Below are positions 36,703-48,729 of a DNA stretch of 64,000 bases, piece after piece. A model generated the notes under the pieces. It was not told the origin of the DNA. It searched no databases and saw only the letters and a program-made list of their open reading frames with translations. Every line of letters begins with the position of its first letter. The stretch's first letter is position 1. Position numbers and translations under genes: made by a program. Origin of the DNA: Octopus sinensis (Eukaryota); NCBI RefSeq assembly GCF_006345805.1, contig NC_042999.1, forward strand, positions 42,284,001 through 42,348,000, read 5' to 3'.

Positions 36703-39700
36703 GTTTCTTTATTAGCCACACAGGGCTGCACACAGATAGAACAAATTACAAGGTAGAGCTTTTCTTTTGAAGGTTTAAAAAAAAAAGGAAAGGGGGGGAG
36801 TTTCGATCAAAAGGGATCGTAAAAGGAGAGAAAGAGGACAAAAAAGGGGGGTTTAAAAAGGGGGGAGAGGAAAAAAATTGATCAATAGGGATCGTTATCA
36901 CAGAAATGTCAATATGAAGTGTAAAGGGGAGGACAGGTGAGGTTTACCCGTGGAAGGAAAAGCCTACGGAAAAGACCACGGTAACCTCGGTCAATGAAGT
37001 CACATGTTATATTTCTTTTTTTTTTTTTTCAAATAAGCAACTCTCTGTATTAATTTTTATGGTTCATAGAATCATAGTCAAGGTGGCTTCGTCATTCATA
37101 CGTGGCCATCCTTGCTACATTCATCCATCTTTTTTTAAAACATTCGCTAGACAAAACTTGCCTCTCTACTCTCACTTTCCTTTTCAAGTGGTACTTGAAG
37201 AAGTTGATGAGAGATTGACCAGAGAGGAAAGTGTTTGTCTCCAATCCTTTCAGACGCGTCCACCAGATACATTCTTTCGCCATAGCCACAAGATTGATGA
37301 AAATAGCTCTTCCTCCCGTTTGAAGGAAGGAGGCGTGACAATATTGACGATAGACTCAGCTGATAAACCGACTCGTCCCACACGTGACAGCAGTTGTTCG
37401 ACATAAACCCACAGGTCGGAAATTGTTGGACACTGAACGAGTGCGTGCAGAACGGTTTCGTCGCTCTGCTGCCCGCATCTCGGGCAGGTCGGCCCCGTGT
37501 TTCTCGAGCCGTGTCTGTAGAGCTTATCCCGAACGGGTAGCGCTTCTCGGTAGCACTGCCAGGCCAGGGATCTCTGGAAGTTGTCCATGGGCCCTGGCCC
37601 GAAAGTCGTCCTGAACAGGCGGGTCAGGTACTCCTCGTCGACGTCCAGGTTCGCCCCGAGCTCGTCATCGTAGACCTCCCCTCCACTAAACCCCTATAGA
37701 ATGCTTTGGTTGTGTTGAAGTCACTTAAGGTCGACCCAGGACGGCAGAGTTCTTGAGAGCAACGCGACACTCGCGGTGCCATTCGCCCTTCCTCGGCCTC
37801 TTTTTGATCCACGACTGCAGTTCGGTCATGGAGACGAGCTGCGGGAAAGCGTGCCTCACAAACGGCGACCACACCTGTTCACCGTCGTCTACATAGAGGC
37901 CAGAGATGTCGCAGTCTCAGCGCGTATCTGCGCATCATCAGCCACGGCATGCCCAGCCTCCTTTTAACGGGTGTTGACAGCAAATGGATCGCCTGACCAT
38001 CGGGACGCATCCTTTCCACAAGAAGCGAAAGAGAATGCGTTGTGTAGTTTGGTGATGGTAGGGTCGGGACAAGGTACGACGGTCAGGCGGTAGTAGATGA
38101 CGGACGCGATGTACGTGTTCGCCACCACGCTCGACCTTTTAGGGACAGTTTCCTCTCGGCCCATTGCCGGGCGAGAGTGACCACCCTACTCGTTATCTCG
38201 TTCCAGTTCTTCTCCACTTGGAGGTCCGGACCAAACCAGACCCCGAGCAACTCACCGGGCCGTCGGTCCAGCGTCCCCGGCGGAGGCGCTGGTGGACGGC
38301 ATGGGCTTGCTTCTCCAGGTGCCTAGTCGCAAGCCCACTGACTTTTCCCGGTTGATTTTCGCTCCTGTCACGCTTCGTAGTTTTCAGTGTCTCGCCGACC
38401 AGCTCGATGTGCTCGTGGCTAGACACTATGACGGGACGTCGTCCGCGTATGCAGACACGCTGTCCCGCATCCCAATTCTCGCGGGATGCCTTAGAGTCGC
38501 CAGCTTCCGCAGTAGTGGCTCAAGAGTCAATACGTATAGAAGCGCCGAGAGGGGGCATCCCTGACGACCGAACGTGCAATGTCGAAAGGTCTCGATAGAT
38601 GTCCATTTACGCGAATTACCGAACGGATGCCTCTGTACAAGGCAGCTATCCAGCCGCGGAAGACGGGACCGAAACCAGCCGCTCTCAGGACTGCCTCCAA
38701 GTATCGATGGTCTACCCTATCAAAGGCTTTCGATTGATCCAAGTTGATCAGGGCCCCACCCATGCCAGGTCCTTAACTATCCTGTCTATGATGTAGCGCA
38801 TCAGATGGAGGTTGTCATGGATGGTCCGGCCTGGCACGGCGCACGTTTCGCCTTGTCGACCAGTTTCTCGATGACAAGCGCCAACCTCTTGGCTAGCACC
38901 TTGGCCAAAATTTTCAAGTCTGCATTAAGCAGAGTGATGGGCCTAAAGTTATCTATTACATTTCCCTTGTTTAGATCTTTCTTCAGCAGGTTACAGCTCC
39001 TCGGCTCACAAAACCAGGAATGCTCCCGTTTTGCTGCCAGTTGCAGTACACCGCCGCCAAGAGATCTCCAAACAAGTCTGCATACAATTGTAAAGCTCGT
39101 AGGGTAGACCATCCAAACCCGGTGATTTGTCCCTCGAGCATTCTGCCATCGCTTCTGCACTTCCGCCGCCGTGATGGCACCTTCCAGCACCCTGCCTTTC
39201 TTGTCGAGAGTCGTGGTAGGCTATGTAGGTAGGCACTGAAGTCCACCCTACGTTCTTGCCCTCCACTCGTTCCGAACAGTCGGGCAAAATGCTACTGAAA
39301 AGGACCTCACACATTTTACTTGGCTCGAGCAATTCGCGCCCCTGTTCATCTACCAGGGACCGAATGGTGGCTTTTGCCTTGTTGCGCCTCTGCCACCGGG
39401 CCTCTCTCGCGGCTCCAACACCTTCGTTCCTTAGAGCACGCATCCTAGCTCTGACAGCACATCTTCGTGTTTGGCGTTGAAGTGTTGGTCGAGGGCCAAC
39501 CTCGCCGCCAAAACGTCGGATGCGATGCCGCTTCTAATTGCCTCTTCTAGCTTCTTAACTAGCTCACCCTCTACTCTATTTCTATCTATGGCTAGTGCTT
39601 TGCTGTACCTAATCGCTTCTGCTTTTACTGCTCTCTTGAGGGCAAACCACCATTTGTGTGATGATGGCTCCCGTCAAAGCCCTCTTTACTAGTGTGCTAA

Positions 39701-40775
39701 TCCGGTCTCTGAAAACCTGTCTCGATGGGAAAGACGCGTTTAGTTTCCAGTAACCGGGACCCTGCCTAAGTGTCTTACCTAAGTCTAGCGTACATGTCAC
39801 AAGTTTGTGATCCGTGTAGCTGACTATGTGGAATTGTGGACATCCTATGCTATCTCTATCTACTGTCCTACACAGTATCCTATCTAGATACGATCTCGAC
39901 GACCCGATGCGGTTGCTCCATGTCCACGTTGGCGCATTCGGGTGGTCTAGTCGGAACCTGTCAGACAGTTGAAAGCGTCTGAGCAGGTCTCTGAGGCATT
40001 TGCATCCCCGTCTATTCCTATCTCTACCACGTAGTCTACATGCGTGTCCAAGGTAGCATTCCAATCCCCCACTAAGAGTAAAGGACGAGACGTTCCCATG
40101 AATACTTCTAGACGTTGAAAGAAATCCGCCCGACCTGTTAAGGGCGGTGCGTAAACTGATACGAGTCGAAAAGCGCCACCATTGCTGCCGTCGACATCCA
40201 GGACGACCAGTCTACCCTCCGGGTCTACGAATATTGTCCTTACTTTGAGATCCAGAACTTTGTGAAAAAGTACCGCGGGTGCCACTACCGCCCATTCTCG
40301 GCAGACAGGGGGGAAAATAAATGTTGAACTGTCCGCCAAACATGGTCTTTAGGGCCCGCGGATTGTGGAGTCTGGTCTCACTTATGGCTATGATTTCTAA
40401 CTTATGTGACTTTATGTCATTTAAGAGGTACCCTTGTTTCCAAGGGGACCCCAAGCCACGCGCATTTACACAACCGATCTTGATCATAGTTCTAATGAAT
40501 TAGAATACAGAGGGTTACTTACTTCTCGAAAGTTTTTGCTTTCTCCTCCGTTGGTTTGTCCTCGAGAAGATCCCGTACAGTTTCTTTGTGAGTGAGATAT
40601 TTTTGGCATTTACCAACCGCACTGGGGAAAATGCTTTTGAGAGTGTGGTGCAGACTTTGGAGATGTGTAATATTTTGATGTGGTCTGGTGGTGTTGTGTA
40701 TGGGTGATTGTTTGTTTTTATGTCATCTTCTGTTTATGTTTGTTTTGATTGGATGTATTCCATCAAATTTGTGTT
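36703..40775 (-). mobile_element. Tx1/L1-clade LINE, 5'-truncated in ORF1, inserted in (GATA)n
   Basis: ORF2 fragments, pyrimidine-rich 3' UTR ending GTGGCTAATAAAGAAAC; (GATA)n on both sides (to 36702 and from 40776). Confidence 0.88.
37092..40487 (-). pseudogene. Tx1-type ORF2 (APE endonuclease + reverse transcriptase + Cys motif), multiply frameshifted
   Basis: MIKIGCVNARGL, ISETRL, SVYAP, LLVGDWNATLD, SYLDRI, YTDHKLV, GPGYWKLN, KSPGLDGLPYE, NFRPITLLNADLKILAKVLAKRL, LDQSKAFDRVDH, SAYADD (~38440-38460), CPRCG..ETVLHALVQC. Confidence 0.93.
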
Positions 40776-40795
40776 ATAGATAGATAGATAGATAG

Positions 40796-40880
<85 letters not shown>
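40776..40880. repeat. (GATA)n at the Tx1 5' flank
   Basis: Direct reading. Confidence 0.97.
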
Positions 40881-40881
<1 letters not shown>

Positions 40882-41006
40882 CCTTATTCCTTACATATAT
40901 CTTTCTATTACCAATATTTACTATTTTGATCATTCATTCTTTGCTATAGCTCCCAAGAAATCATTGATTTGTAATTTCAGCATCATTCCTACGTCCCATC
41001 ACTTAC

Positions 41007-41031
41007 GACCTGCTGACAATAACTCGATAAC
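41007..41031 (-). CDS. Candidate micro-exon (25 nt)
   Basis: Acceptor gatttctccag and donor gtaagt; the phase 0-1 frame VIELLSAG joins candidate exons 44239-44285 and 35016-35087. Confidence 0.25.
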
Positions 41032-42331
41032 CTGGAGAAATCGATTTTAGATTTGGGGTAGTGTTAAAATAAAAATAATCTTTAAAAACTCATGATGAAG
41101 CATTCCTACAGGAGCAGTGTAAATTTAACAACTGTATAATCAAACACACCTCACACACACATATTTACATTTATATACACAGATATATGTATGTATGTAT
41201 GTATGTATGTGTATGTATGTATGTATGTATGTATGTATGTATTATAGTATTTTTTGGAATTTAAGACTTCTATATTCAATACAATATATGATAGTTTACA
41301 TACATACATACAGACACACAGACAGACACACAGACAACATGTGTGTCTATGTGTGTGTGTGTGTGTGTGTGGTTTTAAAGTTTTAGTGCAAATATGTGTG
41401 TGTGCGTGTGTGTTTTGCTTTATGGATGTTTTATAGCTGTTTTTATTTTTCTTTCCTTTCAGTTCGTTTGTAACAGTCGCAATACTATCAACGTTTCTAG
41501 GCCTTCGCCGGCTCATCTTCTGGATGAAGAGACGTCGGTGTGTGTTTCTGCATCTTTTCTTCAATATTTATATATATGGAGTCAATGTGACTTATATTCG
41601 TATTACCGGCAGAGGGTGAAATTTTAACAGTTATATTTATATGTCTCCAGCTTGGAATTTTTATATGAATAGTGAATATTATACGTGATATAGTTTATCT
41701 TTCTACTATGCTACCAATATTGCTTTGATCACCAAAAGTGGCACAGATAAATGCATATACTTACGTGGAGACAGGGAATGACTTCAGAAATGCAAAACGT
41801 CAGAGGGAAAATTCTTAATTAAAAGAGCGTTTAAGCTCTCCACTTAAGCGAAGCATTACATAAAGAAATCTATTAAGTAAACGAAGACTCAACAACTACA
41901 CTATTCCAACAGAGTAATAGACTAATGCATAGAACAATACACAGAGAGAAACGAAGTACATTCAGACACTATACCTATTAAAATTTCACTTTGGTATATT
42001 AATCAAATACAAATAAAAAATGCATGAACACATTATCAATATCATCATGAAATCGATTCCTGAAATTTAAAATATATTCTAAAATTCATCATCTGAAAGT
42101 TTCCGCCTTTTGAGTTCTCTCGTTTTGCGTGTATATATATGGAGGTTATGAGAAGTAATAGTGTCACTGAGACCCAAAGGTGTCAGGTAATCCTGAATAA
42201 GTGCTATAGATAGACCGTAGTTAAGTTCCAGATTCGGTGATAATGCGATTATTTTTCTTTTATTTCCTCCACCTCACTCCCTAGTTTATATCTTATCTGA
42301 ATTAACTATTTCTTAACCATCCTCTCACACC

Positions 42332-42379
42332 GTCTCCGATGAAGGGATATAATAAATATCCTGGAAACAGCTGTAAGAC
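42332..42379 (+). ncRNA. Minimal hammerhead-like motif (core CCGATGA) in Penelope-type repeat
   Basis: GTCT-CCGATGA-AGGGATAT(AATAA)ATATCCTG-GAAAC(AGCT)GTA-AGAC: stem I GTCT/AGAC, 7-bp stem II, palindromic stem III loop. Confidence 0.6.
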
Positions 42380-42437
42380 CTTCTATCTATAAATGTTCTA
42401 AAATCTACACAGCCTTAGTTTTTTATCTCATTACGAA

Positions 42438-42468
<31 letters not shown>

Positions 42469-43338
42469 CATATTCTGTATTTCACGCCCAAACTATTATA
42501 TTTAATATATTTAATGTATCAAATTTGTTTATCCGTATAATTGCCTCTAAAGTTTGAAGTATGAACTTGTTACGAGATCTATGACAAAGAAAACAAAACT
42601 CTTTTCTTGACAGCTTTCTCTCCGATCCTGTGACTGGACACATTAAACGAATATATCACATTCTACATATCACAAATGAATACAGGAATGTGTGACGGCT
42701 TTTTAAATGTTTTTCTTTAATGGCCGTTGCAAACTGTGTCTACAAACAAACACTACAAAAACAACAGCATTTACCACCTTCATATCGATAACAAACAACA
42801 GTCTGGAAGTGCGTAGACAAGCTACTAATAACCAATATGATTAAAAATTTAAAAATATAATAGTAAAAAAGTATAACAAATATATAACAAAAATATATAA
42901 CAAACATGCCAACTGTTATATATTGGTGATACATGTACAATATTTTCCGATTATAGAGGAATAACTGTCCTGTCTTTCTGACATTTTCTCTTATGTGTTC
43001 CTAAGGAATGTTTGCTATTTTAAGGGACGGTGTGGGAGGTTGGTTGGTTGGGGGGAAGACAGGTCAGTTATTCCTCTACAATTTTTTTGCAAATTCTTAA
43101 ATATATCTCCTTCTGTGAATATATATATATATATGTATATACTACCAAACAAACATGATTTTTATTGAATTCATAATACTTTTTGGAGTTCCCTTCTGAT
43201 TACTTTCTTAAATACTTTCTTGTAAACTATTTTTAACATTTTCTTATTATCAAAGAATGAATATCTGTATTTTAATACTTTTTTGATAACCAGTACTTAA
43301 CACAACGAAGCTCATACAAAGCTTTACATTTACTTTTG

Positions 43339-43438
43339 NNNNNNNNNNNNNNNNNNNNNNNNNNNNNNNNNNNNNNNNNNNNNNNNNNNNNNNNNNNNNN
43401 NNNNNNNNNNNNNNNNNNNNNNNNNNNNNNNNNNNNNN
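43339..43438. other. Assembly gap (100 N)
   Basis: Run of n; the round size suggests a placeholder. Confidence 1.
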
Positions 43439-44238
43439 GGGCACAGCCTTGAACGGTATAACCAATCAGACCAACCTAGTAATTATGATTTTTTAAGATG
43501 GTTACTTATTCTACCGAACTGCTAAGTTACACGATTGTAAACAAGCTACCACCGATTGTAAAGTGATTGAGGGGACAAACACATACACACACACACACAC
43601 ACAACACGCACATACAGATATGTGTGTGTGTGTGTGTGTGTGTGTGTAATTATCACCTTTGCCAACAGGATCTTATCCATATGCTTACATCTCTTGAAAA
43701 TTTCAGATCTGGAATTCAACAATGCGGTGGAGTTCTTAAATCTGAAAAGGATCTGTGTTCTTTCAGTTACGTATAGCTGACATTTTTTGATCCGTTGACA
43801 TATGGTGTGGATTTTTCAACTATTTTCTGCATAATTGTATGTGGTGTGGCGTTAGACTTCAAACCACATAAGTGGCTAGCCAACTTACTAGCTGCTCCGC
43901 AGACTGTAGGGTCATAACCACTCAGCCTTACGACTTTATAGTCAAAGAAGACATCAATTTAATTCTCCCCCTCTTTCCTTTTTCTTTTTTCTGTTTCCTT
44001 TTCATTTTCCGGTGTTTTCAACCTTCCACCTTTTGCCTCTACTTCTTTCTCGCCTTTTTTCGTGTTTTCTCCTATCACATCGTTTTGTTTTAGCTTATGT
44101 CATGTAGGCAGAGCCTGAGGATTGCATGAAGACAGCTAACGTATTATAAAATGGTCTCTGGGTTATTTTCATCGCATGAAACTATTCGTAGTTCATAAAA
44201 ATATATACTGTGCTTATCAAATAACATTTATCTCTCAC

Positions 44239-44285
44239 CAGATGGAGTACTTTTTTTGTTGATCTTGCCATCACGGAACAGTACA
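44239..44285 (-). CDS. Candidate first coding exon; ATG at 44271, MARSTKKVLHL
   Basis: Acceptor gtgtatttag, donor CTG|gtgaga, ATG context CCGTGATGG. Confidence 0.25.
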
Positions 44286-45494
44286 CTAAATACACACACA
44301 CACCACACACACCACACACACACACACATATATAATATATATATATATATTATATATATATATATGTTAATATATGTGTGTGTATATATATATATATAAT
44401 ATATATATTATATATATATATCTTATATATATACATATATATATACGATACGATACGAAATAATTTTTGTCTCTTTTTATGGAAACAACGGGTGTATAGG
44501 ACTGCAAAACTGCAAGAAAGAAATGCTCAAACGTAATTGAGACAAAGATAAATAAACATGGATCATAGAACAAACATGAAATTCGAGTCAACGACTTTAT
44601 AAATAACACCATTCCTCCAAACATTTGATCATATATAAATATAACCGTGGTTCTTACACATATAAAAATATATATATATACACAAAAAACACAGAAGGTA
44701 ATTTTATATATGCGAATAAAATACAAATATATAGATCGACCTATCAAAAAGACAAATACGACTAAAAATTCTGAATTGTGTCATGCTACTAAAAAACTAA
44801 ATAAACTAAGATAAATATATGTGTGTGTTTGCGTGTGTGTATGGATAAATAACATATATATATATATTATATATATATATATAATATTAATAAATGTATA
44901 AAACATATGCAATATATAAACATATATGTACGTACCTACCTCTACATGTACATATACACGCATATATGAGTACAGGACACCAAAGGGACGTCGAACACAA
45001 AGAGAAACGAAAACATAGACACAAACCAAAGGAACTGGACATTTTTTTAAAAACAACAACAACAAAAAAAACAACAACAAAAAATAAATAAAATAAAATA
45101 TACACGGAGAGAAAACCACCGTGTGGATTTCTTACATGCTAAATACGGCAGTCAAAGCCCAAAACAACCCAAAGACATTCTAACATTAAAGCACGTTCTT
45201 CGTTCGCGAGCAAGACATTTGAGTGAATATAAATTTAATTAATTTTATACCCACGAGTTTCATGAGTTTATATCTTTCATAAGTTTATGTCTTCTAACTT
45301 TTATTGCGCATGCTAACCACTGGTATAAATTATTTAATAATTTTTACCCGTGTGTGTATATATATTGTTCTATCTTAATAATAGTTAGACCGAAGGAAGA
45401 GAGGTAAATAGACAGAAGCTTGAGCACCTAAACGTCTTCAAGCATTTAGGAGAAATAAAACATCCAAGAAATCACTGTGAAGAAGATACTCAAA

Positions 45495-45896
45495 GAATCT
45501 TTTCTACTCAAGGCACAAGGCCCGAAATTTTGGGGGAGGAGGCTAGTCGATTATATCGACCCCAGTACGCAACTGGTACTTAATTTATCGACCCCGAAAG
45601 GATGAAAGGCAAAGTCGACCTCGGTGGAATTTGAACTCAGAACGTAGCGGCAGACGAAATACCTATTTCTTTACTACCCACAAGGGGCTAAACACAGAGA
45701 GGACAACCAAGGACAGACAAACGGATTAAGTCGATTATATCGACCCCAGTGCGTAACTGGTACTTATTTAATCGACCCCGAAAGGATGAAAGGCAAAGTC
45801 GACCTCGGCGGAATTCGAACTCAGAACGTAGCGGCAGACGAAATACCTCTAAACATTTCGCCCGGCGTGCTAACGTTTCTGCCAGCTCGCCACCTT
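45495..45896 (-). mobile_element. SINE-C dimer
   Basis: Full left plus 5'-truncated right monomer; single 8-bp TSD AAGATACT (45483-45490, 45897-45904). Confidence 0.9.
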
Positions 45897-46136
45897 AAGA
45901 TACTTTTAGCGAGCTTTTAGCCCAGTAATTTAATATAATGTTCGGTCATCCTTCGATAGCTGTAGGAATTAATCCAGTGAGGAACAACAACAACTCGTAT
46001 GAGTTTTCGAAGACTTCATGGACATGGAGTATTTATTCCAATCCGGATGAGAGCGTTTTTACTCAGCTTGTAAATTAACATTCAACAGAACAGAATGGAA
46101 GTTGAATAAGAAAAGGTCTTCGTCTTGCCGCCTTAC

Positions 46137-46255
46137 GTGACTGGTATAGAGGATTTAACAAAATTCAAATCAACGCTGGGTTCTCCCGTAGCAGGAACAG
46201 AGATGGAGACGACGTAGTTAGCTGCAGGCTGCGTGGAAGAGCAAAAGAGGATGCT
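46137..46255 (-). other. Candidate non-coding first exon
   Basis: Unique GC-richer sequence ~28 nt downstream of a TATA box, pyrimidine-rich start, no ATG, donor CAC|gtaagg. Confidence 0.35.
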
Positions 46256-46272
46256 ACTTGGCTGTGCGCGTC

Positions 46273-46306
46273 TTTTTATAGCAATCTAACGAGCGCCACC
46301 TAGTTG
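46273..46306 (-). promoter_or_regulatory. TATA box (TATAAAAA, 46273-46280) with adjacent CTCF-like motif (GCGCCACCTAGTTG, 46293-46306)
   Basis: CTATAAAAAG on minus strand; 13/14 match to the CTCF core GCGCCACCTAGTGG. Confidence 0.4.
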
Positions 46307-46394
46307 CTAACGATGTGACACGGGAGATAACTCTAGATGACTCTCATTAAAACATGACGGCACTGGATTCAAATAACGTTGCCTACATACTCAA

Positions 46395-47170
46395 AGAATA
46401 AAGCTAAAACAATATTGATTGGAGTGAAAATGATATTTTGCCTCCAAACTATTACGTTGTGCCTTGTTCTCTACGGAGCAGGAGCTCATACACTGTACAC
46501 AGCAATGGATAAAAAGGTAGGTGCCTCTGACATGTGGATATTGCGCAGATTGAGCAAAATAAGCTGTTATAAAACAGGGTAATAAGACCGGAGTGCTAGA
46601 AATGCTGAAATTCCAAAGACACATATCGTTGAGAATCACTTCCACAAAGATTTTGGACATTTTAGGCGCAGGAGTGGCTGTGTGGTAAGGAACTTGCTTT
46701 CTAATCACATGCTTCCTGCTTCTATCCCACTGCGTGGAACCTGGGGAAAGTGGTGTCTTCTACTATAGCCGCGGGACGACCAAAAGCCTTGTGAGTGGAT
46801 TTGGATGACGGAAACTAAAAGAAGCCCGTTGTGTGCGAGGTGGTCTTTATGTCTGGGTTTGTCCTCCACCACCGCTTGTGTTTACGTCCCCTAAACTTAG
46901 GAGGTTCGGCAAAAAGAGACCGATGGAATAAGTACCAGGCTTGAAAAGAAACATTATGCCCTAGGGTAGACTTGTTCGACTAAAACCATTTAAGGCGGTG
47001 CACCAGCATGGCCGCAGTCCAGTGACTGAAACAAGTAAAAGGTAGGAGGTGTGCTATGAGCTACGAGTCACTACTGAAGACAATTTCTCAAAAGAATGTG
47101 TGGAAAGCAAAAGAACAAGAAATTGTTAAAGACGTTTGTGAGCTGGCGGCATAAAAATGGACAGGAAACT
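46395..47170 (+). pseudogene. RTE-clade LINE 3' fossil interrupted by SINE-A
   Basis: LVLYGAGAHTL....KVGASDMWILRRLSKIS resembles the RTE LLYG.E.WTL...AFEMW..RRML.IS segment. Confidence 0.6.
46664..47042 (+). mobile_element. SINE-A, full copy with short internal (TG)
   Basis: Head, body and 3' module as at 7421. Confidence 0.85.
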
Positions 47171-47514
47171 GGATCGTGACTGATTTTATGCACTGATTTT
47201 ATGCACCCAGTATAACACAGGATACTGGAGTCTTAGCAGGCCGACACATGGACACCAGGAGCACACTTGGCTGATAATATATTGTATGGCTGTGTGTATG
47301 TATGGAATTCGCTATATAAAGATGGGCAAAACTATGGAAAAAATATCGTGTATAACAATTTTGGCGTCTCTTCGTTTCATTCGTTTCAACGCTGGTTTAG
47401 TCAGTAATATGTTTAACAAAAAAAAAAGAAAAGAAATTAGCTCATTTGGACAGGAAAGATTAAAATATCACTCACTCTTCCTCTCTCTCTTTCTCTCTCG
47501 CTCTCTTTCTCCTC

Positions 47515-47557
<43 letters not shown>

Positions 47558-47665
47558 AAACACACATTCATACACCTACACGTAATGTGACCAATTTACT
47601 GTCAAAAGTTTTTAGTTTGGCAAGAAAGAAGTATTGAGAAAAGCTGAAGACAGACAATAAGAGCG

Positions 47666-47713
<48 letters not shown>

Positions 47714-48138
47714 GAACAGACAGGGACAGAGACAGGGCGTGAGAGAGGAGGAGAGAGGGAGTGAGACATAGACATGGAGACAGACAGCGAAGCGAATATC
47801 TGACAGATCGCCTGAAAGTAGAGGAAACGAAGAGAAATGAGATAAAGAAATCTATATTTGCATAGATGTCGTGAACGAAAGCAAAACAAGAAAAATAATT
47901 AGCTTGCTACAAATCAGACAAGCAGAAGGTAAGACAAACAGACAGAGTGGCAGGCAGATAAGCGAGCGAGAAAAGTAGAGAGACGTATAAAACTGCAAAA
48001 TAATGCCAGATACCATTTTCAAAATGTCGGCATTGTTTGTATGTTAGTCGCTTCTTTTTTCTCCCTTTCGGAAGAAATACGGTGAAATGTACAAACAAAA
48101 ATCATATATAAGTGTGCATGTGTTTGTATACAATATAC

Positions 48139-48220
<82 letters not shown>

Positions 48221-48270
48221 ACTTACTTGGAAATATAATAATAATAATAATAATGATAAATAATAATAAT

Positions 48271-48423
48271 AACATCGAAAAATACCTTAGGAATGAGAAC
48301 CCAGGTTCGAAATTTCTCCAAGACAACTGAAGAAGGCCGGAGGGTATATCAGCCGAAACGTTGTGTTAACAACAAACAAGATGAGGACAATATCCGTCAA
48401 ATGTAAATAATGTAAATAATGTA
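48271..48423 (+). mobile_element. Penelope-type terminal repeat with hammerhead-like motif (48322-48367)
   Basis: GACAA-CTGAAGA-A-GGCCG(GAGGGTATAT)CAGCC-GAAA-CG-TT-GTGTT; same family as 9-155. Confidence 0.6.
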
Positions 48424-48729
48424 CTGTCACATTGATATTGTAAATATTGGTTTCCGGTTTCAGCACAATGCCGACAATTTGGTAAGCCGAATACATCGAC
48501 CCCAATACAGAACTGGTACTTATTTTATCGATTCCAAAGGATGAAAGGCAAAGTCAGCTTCAGCAAAATTTGATCTCAGATCGTACGGATGGACGAAATG
48601 CCGCTATGTATTTTGCCCGGCGCGGTAAAGATTCTACCAGCTCGATACCTTTTGGTGTTATAAATATTACTAGAGTAATGTTCAGTCGAGAAATAGGTAA
48701 CAATAATTTTTCTTTTCTTTCACCTGCAG

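Noticed and set aside
37000-40500. GC-rich block resembling bacterial contamination or horizontal transfer
   Set aside because: It encodes eukaryotic Tx1/L1 ORF2 motifs, and its 3' UTR has a second copy at 19712; composition alone does not support transfer.
41463-41537. Plus-strand 75-nt segment with strong acceptor encoding SFVTVAILSTFLGLRRLIFWMKRR
   Set aside because: No partner exons found on the plus strand and only a GTGTGT donor; similar chance AG/GT pairs occur elsewhere (e.g. 16741-16784, closed in all frames).
42079-42192. 37-codon minus-strand frame ending KRRKLSDDEF* as possible terminal exon
   Set aside because: Length is reachable by chance in AT-rich DNA; modest acceptor and no homology.
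43689-43741. Minus-strand 53-nt segment with good splice sites (FKNSTALLNSRSEIFKR)
   Set aside because: Its phase does not join the upstream candidate ATG exon; kept out of the model.
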